Notes: a model not told the origin generated them from the sequence alone. 32,000 nt of DNA from Candidatus Nitrosotenuis sp. (GCA_049276655.1 JBASWV010000010.1:61757-93756); one strand, 5' to 3'; positions 23,563 through 32,000 are shown, counted from the stretch's first letter. Translations and numbers: made by a program.

Positions 23563-23978
23563 TCTTCCTTTCCGATAGACCTTACGGTCTCGTCTATTAG
23601 GAGCTTGCTCCGCAGGTGTGCGGCAAGGTCAGTCTGCGTGACTACGCCTGCGAGTTTTTGGTCTTCTAGGACGATGAGTCTTCGGATTTTATTGTTGAGC
23701 ATCTTTTGTACTGCGTCCTCGATTGTAGTAGTCGGCTCCACCCACCTGAATTTTGGGGACATGATGTCCGATACCTTTAGGTCTGAGGCGATCTTGTTTG
23801 CTGCTACTACCTTTCTGACAAAGTCCGCCTCGGTTACTATGCCGATTGGGTTTTGACCTTCGGCCACCACTAAAAAGCTGATGTCTTTTTCCTGCAGTAG
23901 AGCCGCCGCCTCGAGGCAGGTCTTGTCTTTCGATATTGTGACTACGTGCTTGTTCATGATGTCCCTTATCTGACCCAT
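23559..23978 (-). CDS. CBS-domain pair protein
   Basis: The start was moved to the ATG at 23978 (MGQIRDIMNKHVVTI...). There are two CBS repeats (IRDIMNKHVVTI..., VSDIMSPKFRWV...) and no other domain. Its stop overlaps the purS stop at a CTAG. Confidence 0.85.
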   Translation of the reverse strand: MGQIRDIMNKHVVTISKDKTCLEAAALLQEKDISFLVVAEGQNPIGIVTEADFVRKVVAANKIASDLKVSDIMSPKFRWVEPTTTIEDAVQKMLNNKIRRLIVLEDQKLAGVVTQTDLAAHLRSKLLIDETVRSIGKED

Positions 23979-24074
23979 GTTTTGAATTGGCTTTTTTGTG
24001 GATAAAAAAGATTTGTGATGAATCAGATGTACATTTGAGCTTTGATTTAATAACGTCATTGCACAAATTTAGCT

Positions 24075-24755
24075 GTGAAGGTCGGCGTCATCGTATTTCC
24101 CGGGAGCAACTGCGATCGGGACATGTACCACGTCTTGCAAGACGTCTTTAAGCTCGACGTCAAGTACTACTGGCACGAAGACAAGCTTCCAAAAAACTTG
24201 GACGCAGTAGTCCTGCCAGGAGGATTTTCCTATGGTGACAGGCTAAGGGCCGGAGTCATTGCCGCACACAGCCCAGTCATTTCCGACGTCAAAAAAATGG
24301 CTGAAAAAGGAACGCCGGTTCTTGGCGTCTGTAACGGGTTTCAAATTCTAGTAGAGTCTGAGCTCCTGCCAGGGGTTTTGCTCAAAAACAACTCGCTTAG
24401 CTTCATGTGCAGGTGGACTGAACTAATAGTGGAGAACAACAAGACCCCCTTTACCCACATGTTTAAGCTAAAGCAAAGAATCCCGATTCCGATTGCAAAC
24501 GGCGAGGGCAGGTATTATGTGGACAAGGCCACGCTTGCCGATCTAAAGAAGAACAACCAAATCGTCTTCCGATACGGCGAAAACATCAATGACTCTGTTT
24601 TTGACATAGCCGGAATCTGCAACAAGGAAGGAAACGTAGTTGGCATGATGCCGCACCCAGAACGCGCAGTAGAGGCTGACATAAATCCAAATGACTGCAA
24701 GCCGTCCAACGTGATCTTCGAGTCCCTGATAGCTACCGTTGGTGCAAGAAGATGA
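24075..24755 (+). CDS. purQ: Phosphoribosylformylglycinamidine synthase, glutaminase subunit PurQ
   Basis: GTG start. It has MKVGVIVFPGSNCDRDM, the nucleophile elbow LGVCNGFQ and the C-terminal MMPHPER. Confidence 0.93.
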   Translation: MKVGVIVFPGSNCDRDMYHVLQDVFKLDVKYYWHEDKLPKNLDAVVLPGGFSYGDRLRAGVIAAHSPVISDVKKMAEKGTPVLGVCNGFQILVESELLPGVLLKNNSLSFMCRWTELIVENNKTPFTHMFKLKQRIPIPIANGEGRYYVDKATLADLKKNNQIVFRYGENINDSVFDIAGICNKEGNVVGMMPHPERAVEADINPNDCKPSNVIFESLIATVGARR

Positions 24756-26917
24756 GCCTGCAACAAGAAGAGATGGAGTATCTCTCACAGAAAATTGGAA
24801 GAAGGCCAAACGAGACAGAAGCACACATAGTGGCAGCGGAATGGTCAGAGCACTGCTCCTACAAGTCATCAAAAAAACACCTCAAAATGCTTCCAACGTC
24901 TGGGCCAAGGGTAATCCATGAAAAGGGATACGACTCTGGCGTGCTCGACGTTGGCGACGGCTATGTGGTGACTGTCCACATTGAGAGTCATAACCATCCG
25001 TCTGCAGTCGAGCCATATGGAGGGGCTGCTACCGGTGTGGGCGGGGTAATACGTGACATTTTATCCGCAGGCACAAGGCCGATTGCGATTCTTGACGGGC
25101 TGCGTTTTGGAGACATTGAAAAAGACTCACACGCAAGGTGGCTTTTCAAAAACGCCGTTACCGGCATAGCAGATTATGGGAACTGTCTTGGAATACCGAC
25201 GGTCGGCGGCGAGGTTGAGTTTGACAAATGTTATACTAATTACGCGCTTGTCGATGTGGCATCGATTGGTTTTGGAAAAAAAGAAAGACTGATCAAAAAC
25301 AACGCGCAGCCAGGAGACATCGTGGTTCTCATTGGTGGCTCCACTGGTCGCGACGGAATTGGCGGCTCGCAGTTTGCGTCTGATTCTCTGGAAACCGAAG
25401 ACCGCTCCGCGGTCCAGATCCCAGACCCGTTCATTGAAAAACTGATAATCGAGGCCACACTCGAGGCAAGAAACGAGGGTTGCATCAAGGCAATCAAAGA
25501 CCTCGGCGGCGGAGGGCTCTCATGTGCAGTATCAGAAACTGCAGACGCCTTGGGTGTGGGAGTCGAGCTTGACGTAAACCTCGTCCACACGCGCGAGCCA
25601 AACATGAATCCAACTGAAATCATGACCTCCGAGTCCCAGGAGCGAATGCTCGTAATTACCGATAATAAAAAACTCCCAAAAATACAGGCAATATGCAAAA
25701 AATTCCACGTAAGCTGTTCCGTAATTGGCAAGGTAACTGCCAATAAAATAATGACGGTTACAAACAAAAAATCGGTAGTTGCGTCAATGCCTGCAGAAGT
25801 CGTGGCAAACGCCCCGCTCCTTGACAGGCCAGCAAAAGAGCCGGCATACATAAAAGATCTACAAAAAAAGCCAGAGCCGGAGCCTGCAAAAGACCTCTCA
25901 AAGACATTGATGCGCCTGCTTGCAGACCCAAACATCGCAAGCAAGATCTGGGTTTACAGGCAGTATGATCACGAAGTCGGAATCAGAACGACTGTCAAGC
26001 CCGGATCGGATGCGGCAGTGCTGCGACTGGACAACGGAAAGCACCTGAGTGCAAAAATTGACGGAAACCCGAAGCACTGCTACCTCAACCCAAGACATGG
26101 GGCGATGGGGTGCTTTGAGGAGGCGTGCAGAAACGTCGTCTGCACCGGCGCAAAGCCAATCGGGATGGTCGACCACCTACAGTTTGGGAATCCAGAAGAC
26201 CCTGAGATATTTTGGACGTTTTTGGAATCGCTAAAGGGAATTACCGAGTTTTCCAAGTTCTTTAACATTCCATGCGTTGGCGGCAAGGTGAGCCTCTACA
26301 ACGAGACGCCACAAGGACCAATAAAGCCGACGCCGCTGATTGGAGTCCTTGGGCTGATTGACAAAAAACCACTCAAGCCGCAAAAAATCGAGCAGGGTGA
26401 TCTGCTGATAATGGTTGGAAAAACAAAGGACGAGCTAGGCGGCTCCGAATACTACGAATACATCCATGACTTTATCGGCGGAAAGGCCCCACAAGTAAAC
26501 CTGGAAGAGTCAAAGAAAAACATGGATGTGGTGCTCTCCCTGATACAAAACGAGCAGATAAGGGCCGCACACGACTGCTCAAAGGGGGGACTGGCAGTGG
26601 CCGCATGCGAGCTTGCCATTACTAGTAACATCGGCTGCACCATAACACTTGAGAATGTGCCAAGCGAGAGTTTGCCCATGGACAGGCTGTTGTTTTCTGA
26701 GAGCCATTCTAGGTACCTGCTGGTTGTAGAAAAACAAAAGCTCGACTCTGTGATAAAATATCTCGAAAAAAACAAAGTCGATTTTGGATTGATTGGCAAG
26801 TTCGGCTCAGACCAAATTACGTTTTCAGAGAACAAAAAACAGGTAGCAAAACTAAGGGTTGATAAGTCGCGTGACAAGTGGTTTAATTCACTAGGGGAGC
26901 TGGTGTTGCATGGTTAA
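24752..26917 (+). CDS. purL: Phosphoribosylformylglycinamidine synthase subunit PurL (FGAM synthase II)
   Basis: 721 aa with the blocks AAEWSEHCSYKSS, ESHNHPSAVEPYGGAATGVGG and DLGGGGLS. ATGA overlap with purQ. Confidence 0.95.
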   Translation: MSLQQEEMEYLSQKIGRRPNETEAHIVAAEWSEHCSYKSSKKHLKMLPTSGPRVIHEKGYDSGVLDVGDGYVVTVHIESHNHPSAVEPYGGAATGVGGVIRDILSAGTRPIAILDGLRFGDIEKDSHARWLFKNAVTGIADYGNCLGIPTVGGEVEFDKCYTNYALVDVASIGFGKKERLIKNNAQPGDIVVLIGGSTGRDGIGGSQFASDSLETEDRSAVQIPDPFIEKLIIEATLEARNEGCIKAIKDLGGGGLSCAVSETADALGVGVELDVNLVHTREPNMNPTEIMTSESQERMLVITDNKKLPKIQAICKKFHVSCSVIGKVTANKIMTVTNKKSVVASMPAEVVANAPLLDRPAKEPAYIKDLQKKPEPEPAKDLSKTLMRLLADPNIASKIWVYRQYDHEVGIRTTVKPGSDAAVLRLDNGKHLSAKIDGNPKHCYLNPRHGAMGCFEEACRNVVCTGAKPIGMVDHLQFGNPEDPEIFWTFLESLKGITEFSKFFNIPCVGGKVSLYNETPQGPIKPTPLIGVLGLIDKKPLKPQKIEQGDLLIMVGKTKDELGGSEYYEYIHDFIGGKAPQVNLEESKKNMDVVLSLIQNEQIRAAHDCSKGGLAVAACELAITSNIGCTITLENVPSESLPMDRLLFSESHSRYLLVVEKQKLDSVIKYLEKNKVDFGLIGKFGSDQITFSENKKQVAKLRVDKSRDKWFNSLGELVLHG

Positions 26918-28340
26918 GGAAAACTGCGGTGTTGTAGGAATCTACAGTAAAGACGGTCTCAATGTGATCCCGATGATAATAGATGCGCTACGTGCACTAC
27001 AGCACCGGGGGCAGGAGGCTTGGGGAATAGCAATTCCAAAAAAGGCACCACTGAAACGACTCGGGCTGGTGTCATCTTCGTCATCGGAGTTTCATAAAAT
27101 AACAGAAGAATACGCATCGCCTGCGGCAATCGGGCATGTTCGATATTCTACGGTTGGAAAAAGCAACTTGGACAATGCACAGCCGCTAAAGGTAAAGGAT
27201 CTTTGCATTGCGCACAACGGCACGATAGCAAACGTTGCCGAGCTTGCAAACATGGTCGGCGGGTGCACATTTACTCCGCAAAACTCCAGCGACACTCTGA
27301 TAGCTGCACAAAGGCTGGTGTCATTGATGTCTACAAACGGCAAGCTGGGAAGCGCACTTTCCATTTTGAAAAACGAGATGGCCGGCTCGTATTGTTTTAC
27401 TTTTGTATCTGACGACAACGCAGTGTATGCTGCCCGTGACCCACGAGGCTTTAGGCCGATGGTTCTGGGCTCAAAAGAAGACGCCGGCGTCACAATCGTC
27501 GCGTCGGAATCGTCAGCACTCAGCGCAGTTGGGGCAAAGCTCGTGCGCGATGTTCTGCCGGGTGAGCTCCTAAAGTTCAGCGCTTCTGGAATGGAGTCCG
27601 AAATGTTCTCAGAGCAAAAAAAACACGCTCACTGCTCGTTTGAGTTTACGTATTTTGCACACCCGACTAGCCGGATGGAGGGAACAAACATCTATGTGGC
27701 AAGAAAGAGAATCGGCCAGTTCCTTGCAAGAAAATTCCCGATAAAGGATGCAGATCTTGTGATACCTGTGCCTGACTCTGCAAGGCCTGCGGCGCTTGGG
27801 TATGCGCAAGAGCTTGGCCTGCAGTTTGATGAGGGGCTGCTCAAAGACAGATACAGCAAGAAGGGCCCCCTGCGAAGCTTCATCGAGCCGCACCAAAGCG
27901 ACAGAGTTGAGATAAACCGGTGGATAATACCGATTACCGAAATCATCAGCGGAAAACACATCGTAGTGATTGACGACAGCCTAGTTCGGGGGACCAGCTC
28001 AAAGGCAATAATCAAGGCACTGCGTCGTGCTGGCGCAAAAAAAATCAGCATGCTCGTAACGTACCCGCCAATCAAGTATCCGTGCTATGCGGGAATCGAC
28101 TTTCCATCACAGGACGAGCTTGCCACCGGTGCGATTTCAAATGGAACCGATGAGGAGATAATCGAAAAAATCAGAAACGACATAGGCGCAGACTTTTTGG
28201 GCTACAACGACTCTGAAAACCTTGCAAACGCGGTAGGCATTCCGCTGGACTCGATGTGTTTTACGTGCACGACTGGAGACTATACCACCCTTGGAATAAA
28301 GCCAACATTCAAAACACGTCAGGAAATGAAGGGCGAATAA
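26910..28340 (+). CDS. purF: Amidophosphoribosyltransferase PurF (apparently the [4Fe-4S] type)
   Basis: N-terminal nucleophile Cys after a short propeptide (MVKEN-CGVVGIY), the PRPP loop VVIDDSLVRGTS, and Cys ligand candidates (HCSFEF, PCYAGID, CFTC). It overlaps purL by 8 nt. Confidence 0.95.
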   Translation: MVKENCGVVGIYSKDGLNVIPMIIDALRALQHRGQEAWGIAIPKKAPLKRLGLVSSSSSEFHKITEEYASPAAIGHVRYSTVGKSNLDNAQPLKVKDLCIAHNGTIANVAELANMVGGCTFTPQNSSDTLIAAQRLVSLMSTNGKLGSALSILKNEMAGSYCFTFVSDDNAVYAARDPRGFRPMVLGSKEDAGVTIVASESSALSAVGAKLVRDVLPGELLKFSASGMESEMFSEQKKHAHCSFEFTYFAHPTSRMEGTNIYVARKRIGQFLARKFPIKDADLVIPVPDSARPAALGYAQELGLQFDEGLLKDRYSKKGPLRSFIEPHQSDRVEINRWIIPITEIISGKHIVVIDDSLVRGTSSKAIIKALRRAGAKKISMLVTYPPIKYPCYAGIDFPSQDELATGAISNGTDEEIIEKIRNDIGADFLGYNDSENLANAVGIPLDSMCFTCTTGDYTTLGIKPTFKTRQEMKGE

Positions 28341-28342
28341 GT

Positions 28343-28588
28343 ATGGAAATTGCGTACGTGCTTGTAAAGTGTGAAGTAGCCCACGAAATGGATGTTATGC
28401 GCGAGATTCTAAAAATTGATGGGGTTAAGGAAGCCCACGGAACCTATGGCATGTACGATATTTTTGTCAAAGTGGTTGGGGCAACTCACAAGGAAGTGTC
28501 TGATATCATAACCAAACAAATCAGGAAAACGCAACACGTAGTTTCGACAACGACCCTTTCCATAATTCCAGAACAGGGCGGCAAGTAA
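28343..28588 (+). CDS. Stand-alone Lrp/AsnC-type ligand-binding (RAM) domain protein, no HTH
   Basis: 81 aa from the ATG at 28343: MEIAYVLVKCEVAHEMDVMREILKIDGVKEAHGTYGMYDIFVKVV...STTTLSII, the beta-alpha-beta-beta-alpha-beta RAM pattern. It starts 2 nt after the purF stop. Confidence 0.75.
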   Translation: MEIAYVLVKCEVAHEMDVMREILKIDGVKEAHGTYGMYDIFVKVVGATHKEVSDIITKQIRKTQHVVSTTTLSIIPEQGGK

Positions 28589-28621
28589 GCTAATCTTAAT
28601 AGCCAGAATGACGCTATTTTC

Positions 28622-29011
28622 TTGATGGTAGCCTACAGGTTCTTCATAATTGGCGCAGTTGCCACCATAGTGGCAGTTGGGGCAATAATCGCACTGTCTT
28701 TGACAAAAGGCGCCATAGCCACACAGGAATACGCAGTCGACGTCGACCCCTTCAAAGACCCGCAGAACCTCTTTGTCACCGCACGCGTCATGGTGCAAAA
28801 CACCGGAAGCAAATCACTAACAAACGTAATCGTCAACTTTGGCGACGGCGACGTACTTTCCCTTGGTACGCTGGATCCCGGGCAAAAAGTAATCCTCTCG
28901 CCTCCTTCAGAAAACTCGTTTGTGCAAGTAAAGGTCACTGCTGATAACAGCGTCTCTGTCACAAAACCTTACAGGATTCCACCGAAGATGCCTGGAATGA
29001 TGGGATCTTAG
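28622..29011 (+). CDS. Membrane-anchored hypothetical protein
   Basis: 129 aa with TTG at 28622 and ATG at 28625. It has an N-terminal TM helix (FFIIGAVATIVAVGAIIALSL) and a beta-rich ectodomain. Confidence 0.5.
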   Translation: MMVAYRFFIIGAVATIVAVGAIIALSLTKGAIATQEYAVDVDPFKDPQNLFVTARVMVQNTGSKSLTNVIVNFGDGDVLSLGTLDPGQKVILSPPSENSFVQVKVTADNSVSVTKPYRIPPKMPGMMGS

Positions 29012-29214
29012 GTCAAAGACCTTTTGTCTTTTTTTGCAATTCGTACATCGTCGACATAAACGTGGTCATCAAAATCAAAGACCGTGTGCCATCTTTTGTC
29101 GTGGGGGAGCATCGTGTCTAGATCCTCGACATTTCTGGTAGTGGGGTACTTGTTTGTCAGGGCGCCCCACCGCATGTTTGGAATCTTTGGCATTATCTCG
29201 TTTATGTCGCGCAT
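29008..29214 (-). CDS. Hypothetical protein
   Basis: 68-aa ORF with no motif. It overlaps its neighbour convergently by 4 nt. Confidence 0.45.
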   Translation of the reverse strand: MRDINEIMPKIPNMRWGALTNKYPTTRNVEDLDTMLPHDKRWHTVFDFDDHVYVDDVRIAKKDKRSLT

Positions 29215-29273
29215 GCTATGATATCGAAAAATCTACTCATAAGGTTTTGTGTCGCAGTGTCAAAAATCTTTGA

Positions 29274-30803
29274 TTATCTCTTAAAGAGAGCCCTTGACTT
29301 TATCACGAGCATTGAGGGGATGACAAAGTAAATTCCCACATTTAGCAAGATGACGCCTATCCCGTATCCAAGCATCTCTGCCTCGGAGTCGATTCCGACA
29401 GGGTCCAGTATCAAAAGGGTGTAAAGAAGCGGAGTTATTGTGGTCTTTACGGCCTCTCTAAAAACTGGATTCTGCCTTTCCAGGTCGGCCACTGCAGGCG
29501 AAAATGAATAATACACAGAGTTAAACGCAGACATGAACGCCGCGCCCGACTCGGTGCCAAACACTGCATTGTTTCTTATCTCTCGCAATATCTGCACTTG
29601 TGCGGCCATCTCGGTTCCGTATGTCGCAGTGGCAATCAGACACCCGCCCTTTGAGTCCACCGATGTGGTACCATCAGCCGCCATTTCTTCGGCCATTGCC
29701 TTTGGAAGTATTCTGTATATTCTTTCTTCTGAAAGCGATACAATGTAGACTAGGCCGTCCGGCCCGACCTCGATGTCCGTGAGGCAGCCAAAGCCGGTTC
29801 CAAACAAAATTTCATCCATCGGCTCGTCCACGTTGAGCACCTTGTCTGCGAGCGCGGGCGAGGAAAAAACAAACTCGGTTCGACTAGGATCAAGCCTAAA
29901 CCTATACAGGTTACCGGTGTTGCAGTCACCAACAAAGACGCTGCCCTCGTAGTCCTTTAGCTTTTCTGACTTTACAAACGATATCGCAGTTGGCGCAACG
30001 GGTTTTTCCCAAGTAAACTCGGGGTCGCTGTAAACAAAGTTCCCATATTTTGGCAGCGCATCGATCTGGACCTGGCTTTGTGCAGGACCCATTATCTCAA
30101 TCCACCCACTGTTAAAGTTCTCAGGGACTAGGTTTATCTCGTCGTTGTCGTCGTCGCCATTTTCGGTGTCCCAGAGGTTTCCGGTAAAGGGATCCACCGC
30201 CAGCCCAAAACTGTTTCGAATCCCCATGGCATAGTACGGGCCTGGCGGGTCGACTCGCAGTATTACACTGGTGTCGTTTTTCCAATCGGTTTCTCTATTT
30301 TGCAGCCTCCCATAGTTGCCATTGTCGCCAATCACAGCATAGACTTGGCCGCCAAAGTTTGTCATTGCGCCGCCGTTGTGGTAATAATTGTCACTTGGGA
30401 GTGTTTTTAGTAAAACCGGGTCTACAAGTTCATCGCCGTTCCACGAATACTTGTAGATGCGATTTTCGATGGCATTTCCGCCGTCATTGTCAGCCGCAGT
30501 AAAATAGACATAAACTGTATTTCCTACAGATGTGATGCCAAGCATCCCACGTTCGCCGTCCTTTGCTACTGCAACGTCTAGGACAGGCCTGTCCTGTAAA
30601 ACTCCGTCACGTACGAGGCGCACCTGGCCGTTATAGCGCTGTAAAACCAAAATGTCGTCGCCAACAAAGGTCATCGATGTCGGGTTTTCAGGAATTTTGG
30701 GCACAAATACCTCGAGCACTAGACTCTCATCATTGATTTGCGTCTCTGCAAACGCCGGCACAAGGCCAAACGAGACTGCCACAATGAGGAGAAAAATCCG
30801 CAT
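29274..30803 (-). CDS. Secreted PQQ-dependent sugar (glucose/sorbosone) dehydrogenase-like beta-propeller fused to the C-terminal Cys-initiated anchor module
   Basis: The signal peptide is MRIFLLIVAVSFGLVPAFA. The SGDH-like blocks are ERGMLGITSV, GGQVYAVIGDNG and GIRNSFGLAVDPFTGNLWDTENG. The C-terminal GGCLIATATYGTEMAAQVQILREIR... plus TM helix is homologous to the C-terminus of 9792-13040. Confidence 0.8.
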   Translation of the reverse strand: MRIFLLIVAVSFGLVPAFAETQINDESLVLEVFVPKIPENPTSMTFVGDDILVLQRYNGQVRLVRDGVLQDRPVLDVAVAKDGERGMLGITSVGNTVYVYFTAADNDGGNAIENRIYKYSWNGDELVDPVLLKTLPSDNYYHNGGAMTNFGGQVYAVIGDNGNYGRLQNRETDWKNDTSVILRVDPPGPYYAMGIRNSFGLAVDPFTGNLWDTENGDDDNDEINLVPENFNSGWIEIMGPAQSQVQIDALPKYGNFVYSDPEFTWEKPVAPTAISFVKSEKLKDYEGSVFVGDCNTGNLYRFRLDPSRTEFVFSSPALADKVLNVDEPMDEILFGTGFGCLTDIEVGPDGLVYIVSLSEERIYRILPKAMAEEMAADGTTSVDSKGGCLIATATYGTEMAAQVQILREIRNNAVFGTESGAAFMSAFNSVYYSFSPAVADLERQNPVFREAVKTTITPLLYTLLILDPVGIDSEAEMLGYGIGVILLNVGIYFVIPSMLVIKSRALFKR

Positions 30804-30838
30804 TACCCAGTATCAACGCCCCTAGATTAAAAATCCAC

Positions 30839-30868
30839 TCACAATCGTTATAATCACAATCACGTTAT
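30839..30868 (+). promoter_or_regulatory. Imperfect direct repeat overlapping the TATA-like box upstream of purC
   Basis: TCACAATCGTTAT (30839-30851) and TCACAATCACGTTAT (30854-30868) flank or overlap TTATAA at 30848-30853, about 32-37 nt upstream of the purC TTG start at 30885. Confidence 0.3.
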
Positions 30869-30884
30869 CGAACTCTGAAAAGAC

Positions 30885-31709
30885 TTGAAGTTTGTCGGTT
30901 CTGGCAAGGTAAAAGACGTGCACGACCTTGAGGACGGGACACTTCTTTTCAAGTTCAGCGACAGGGTCTCGGCATATGATGTCAAGTTCCACGACCCGAT
31001 CCCAAACAAAGGCGAGGTCTTGTGCAAGTTTGCCGAGTTTTGGTTCAACAAACTCCCAATACAAAACCACTTTGTAAAGACCATCTCAAAAAACGAGATG
31101 GTCGTCAAAAAAATGCAGATGATCCCAGTAGAGTGTGTGGTAAGGGGATATTTCTACGGGAGCCTGATATCGCGCTGGAAGGCAGGACAAGTTACACTGC
31201 CTGACGGGACAAGGACTGAGATTGCGGCAAAGCTTCCAGTGCCAATCTTTGATCCGACGACCAAGGCCGAGCACGACGAGCCAATCGACAAAAACGTTGC
31301 CGTGTCCAGGGGGCTTGTGACTGAAAAAGAGTTTGCATGGCTTGAATCAAAATCAATTGAGATTTACAATCTGATGTCCGATATCGCAGGTACTGCTGGA
31401 TTCATACTTGCCGATCTAAAACTAGAGTTCGGAAAGCTAGACGGGCAGATGGTTCTTGGCGACTCTATCGGCCCAGACGAATACAGGATGTGGCCAAAGG
31501 ATGCGTACAGGGTGGGAAAAATCCAAGAATCATACGACAAGCAAATCCTCAGGGACTGGCTCACTGCAAACGGATATCAAAAACAGTTCGATGATGCACG
31601 AAGCCGCGGCGAAGAACCGATTGCACCATCCATCCCGCACGAAATAATTCAGAAAATGTCCGAGCGTTACGTAAGCTCTTACCAAAGAATCACCGGTAAG
31701 CCGCTCTAG
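30885..31709 (+). CDS. purC: Phosphoribosylaminoimidazole-succinocarboxamide (SAICAR) synthase PurC
   Basis: TTG start. It has GKVKDVHDL...LLFKFSDRVSAYDV, the block ADLKLEFG and the Y-D-K-Q-x-L-R-D-W motif, typical of PurC. Confidence 0.92.
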   Translation: MKFVGSGKVKDVHDLEDGTLLFKFSDRVSAYDVKFHDPIPNKGEVLCKFAEFWFNKLPIQNHFVKTISKNEMVVKKMQMIPVECVVRGYFYGSLISRWKAGQVTLPDGTRTEIAAKLPVPIFDPTTKAEHDEPIDKNVAVSRGLVTEKEFAWLESKSIEIYNLMSDIAGTAGFILADLKLEFGKLDGQMVLGDSIGPDEYRMWPKDAYRVGKIQESYDKQILRDWLTANGYQKQFDDARSRGEEPIAPSIPHEIIQKMSERYVSSYQRITGKPL

Positions 31710-32000
31710 GCCGGAAATCCTAGTCTCAACTCTAATTTCGATTTTTCAAATCCTTGTTTTTGCCGTTTTTGCACCTATCTAACACCCTGGGCCGCCGGGG
31801 CTGCCAAAATTTTAAAATTTTCAACAATACTGGTATTGCTACTAACTATCTTGGTGTGGTATCATAATCATTCCACCGCAGCTAAATTATTGATAGCGTA
31901 AAAGCTAAAATTCGGGCCGCTATCAAATTTGTCGGAACGCAAAAAAATTGATGCGATTAGACAAAAAAAAGTGATGTTAGGATCTTTTAGCTGATCGCAA

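Noticed and set aside
25240-26877. Long minus-strand ORFs inside purL (25240-25944, 26452-26877)
   Set aside because: They are antisense shadows of a highly conserved CDS with no independent support.
31710-32000. Possible gene or RNA in the terminal 290 nt after purC
   Set aside because: No ORF above about 10 codons occurs on either strand and I could see no convincing RNA structure. It may be the upstream region of a gene beyond the window edge.

Overview
This is an archaeal chromosomal segment. aEF-2 with a diphthamide motif, a TFIIB-type factor and the archaeal purine enzyme PurP establish that. The many small Cys-rich and membrane-anchored ORFs and the FN3-rich surface protein suggest an ammonia-oxidising thaumarchaeon (class Nitrososphaeria), but that assignment is inference only. 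No rRNA, tRNA, CRISPR array, integrase or transposase could be supported.

Content from left to right:
- 5'-truncated aEF-2.
- A lower-GC block at about 2.05-7.65 kb. It holds a TFB paralog bracketed by two paralogous Roadblock-like genes and zinc-ribbon micro-ORFs, a C2H2-like protein coupled to endonuclease V, and a SAM methyltransferase.
- A cupin, a secreted SNase-like nuclease, and a 1082-aa secreted protein with 8 tandem FN3 repeats.
- msrA, an O-methyltransferase, a third Roadblock-like paralog next to a PIN-like protein, a polytopic Cys-pair membrane protein, and a bifunctional-nuclease-domain protein.
- A dispersed purine cluster (purP, purS, purQ, purL, purF, purC) interleaved with ubiX, an SRPBCC gene, tatA/tatC, an antisense CBS-pair gene, a RAM-domain-only gene and a secreted PQQ-type beta-propeller dehydrogenase.

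Most interesting observations:
1. A roughly 120-aa Cys-initiated C-terminal module is shared by the FN3 protein and the unrelated dehydrogenase. It is a candidate surface anchoring or sorting signal, and no processing enzyme is visible in the window.
2. The TFB cassette includes a stand-alone TFIIB-type zinc-ribbon micro-ORF and a 31-nt near-identical core inside otherwise diverged paralogs.
3. A GC-rich, strongly self-complementary roughly 100-nt island lies in the AT-rich purP/ubiX intergenic region.
4. Two small genes appear broken at homopolymer runs.

All homology calls come from motif recognition by eye; no database search was run.
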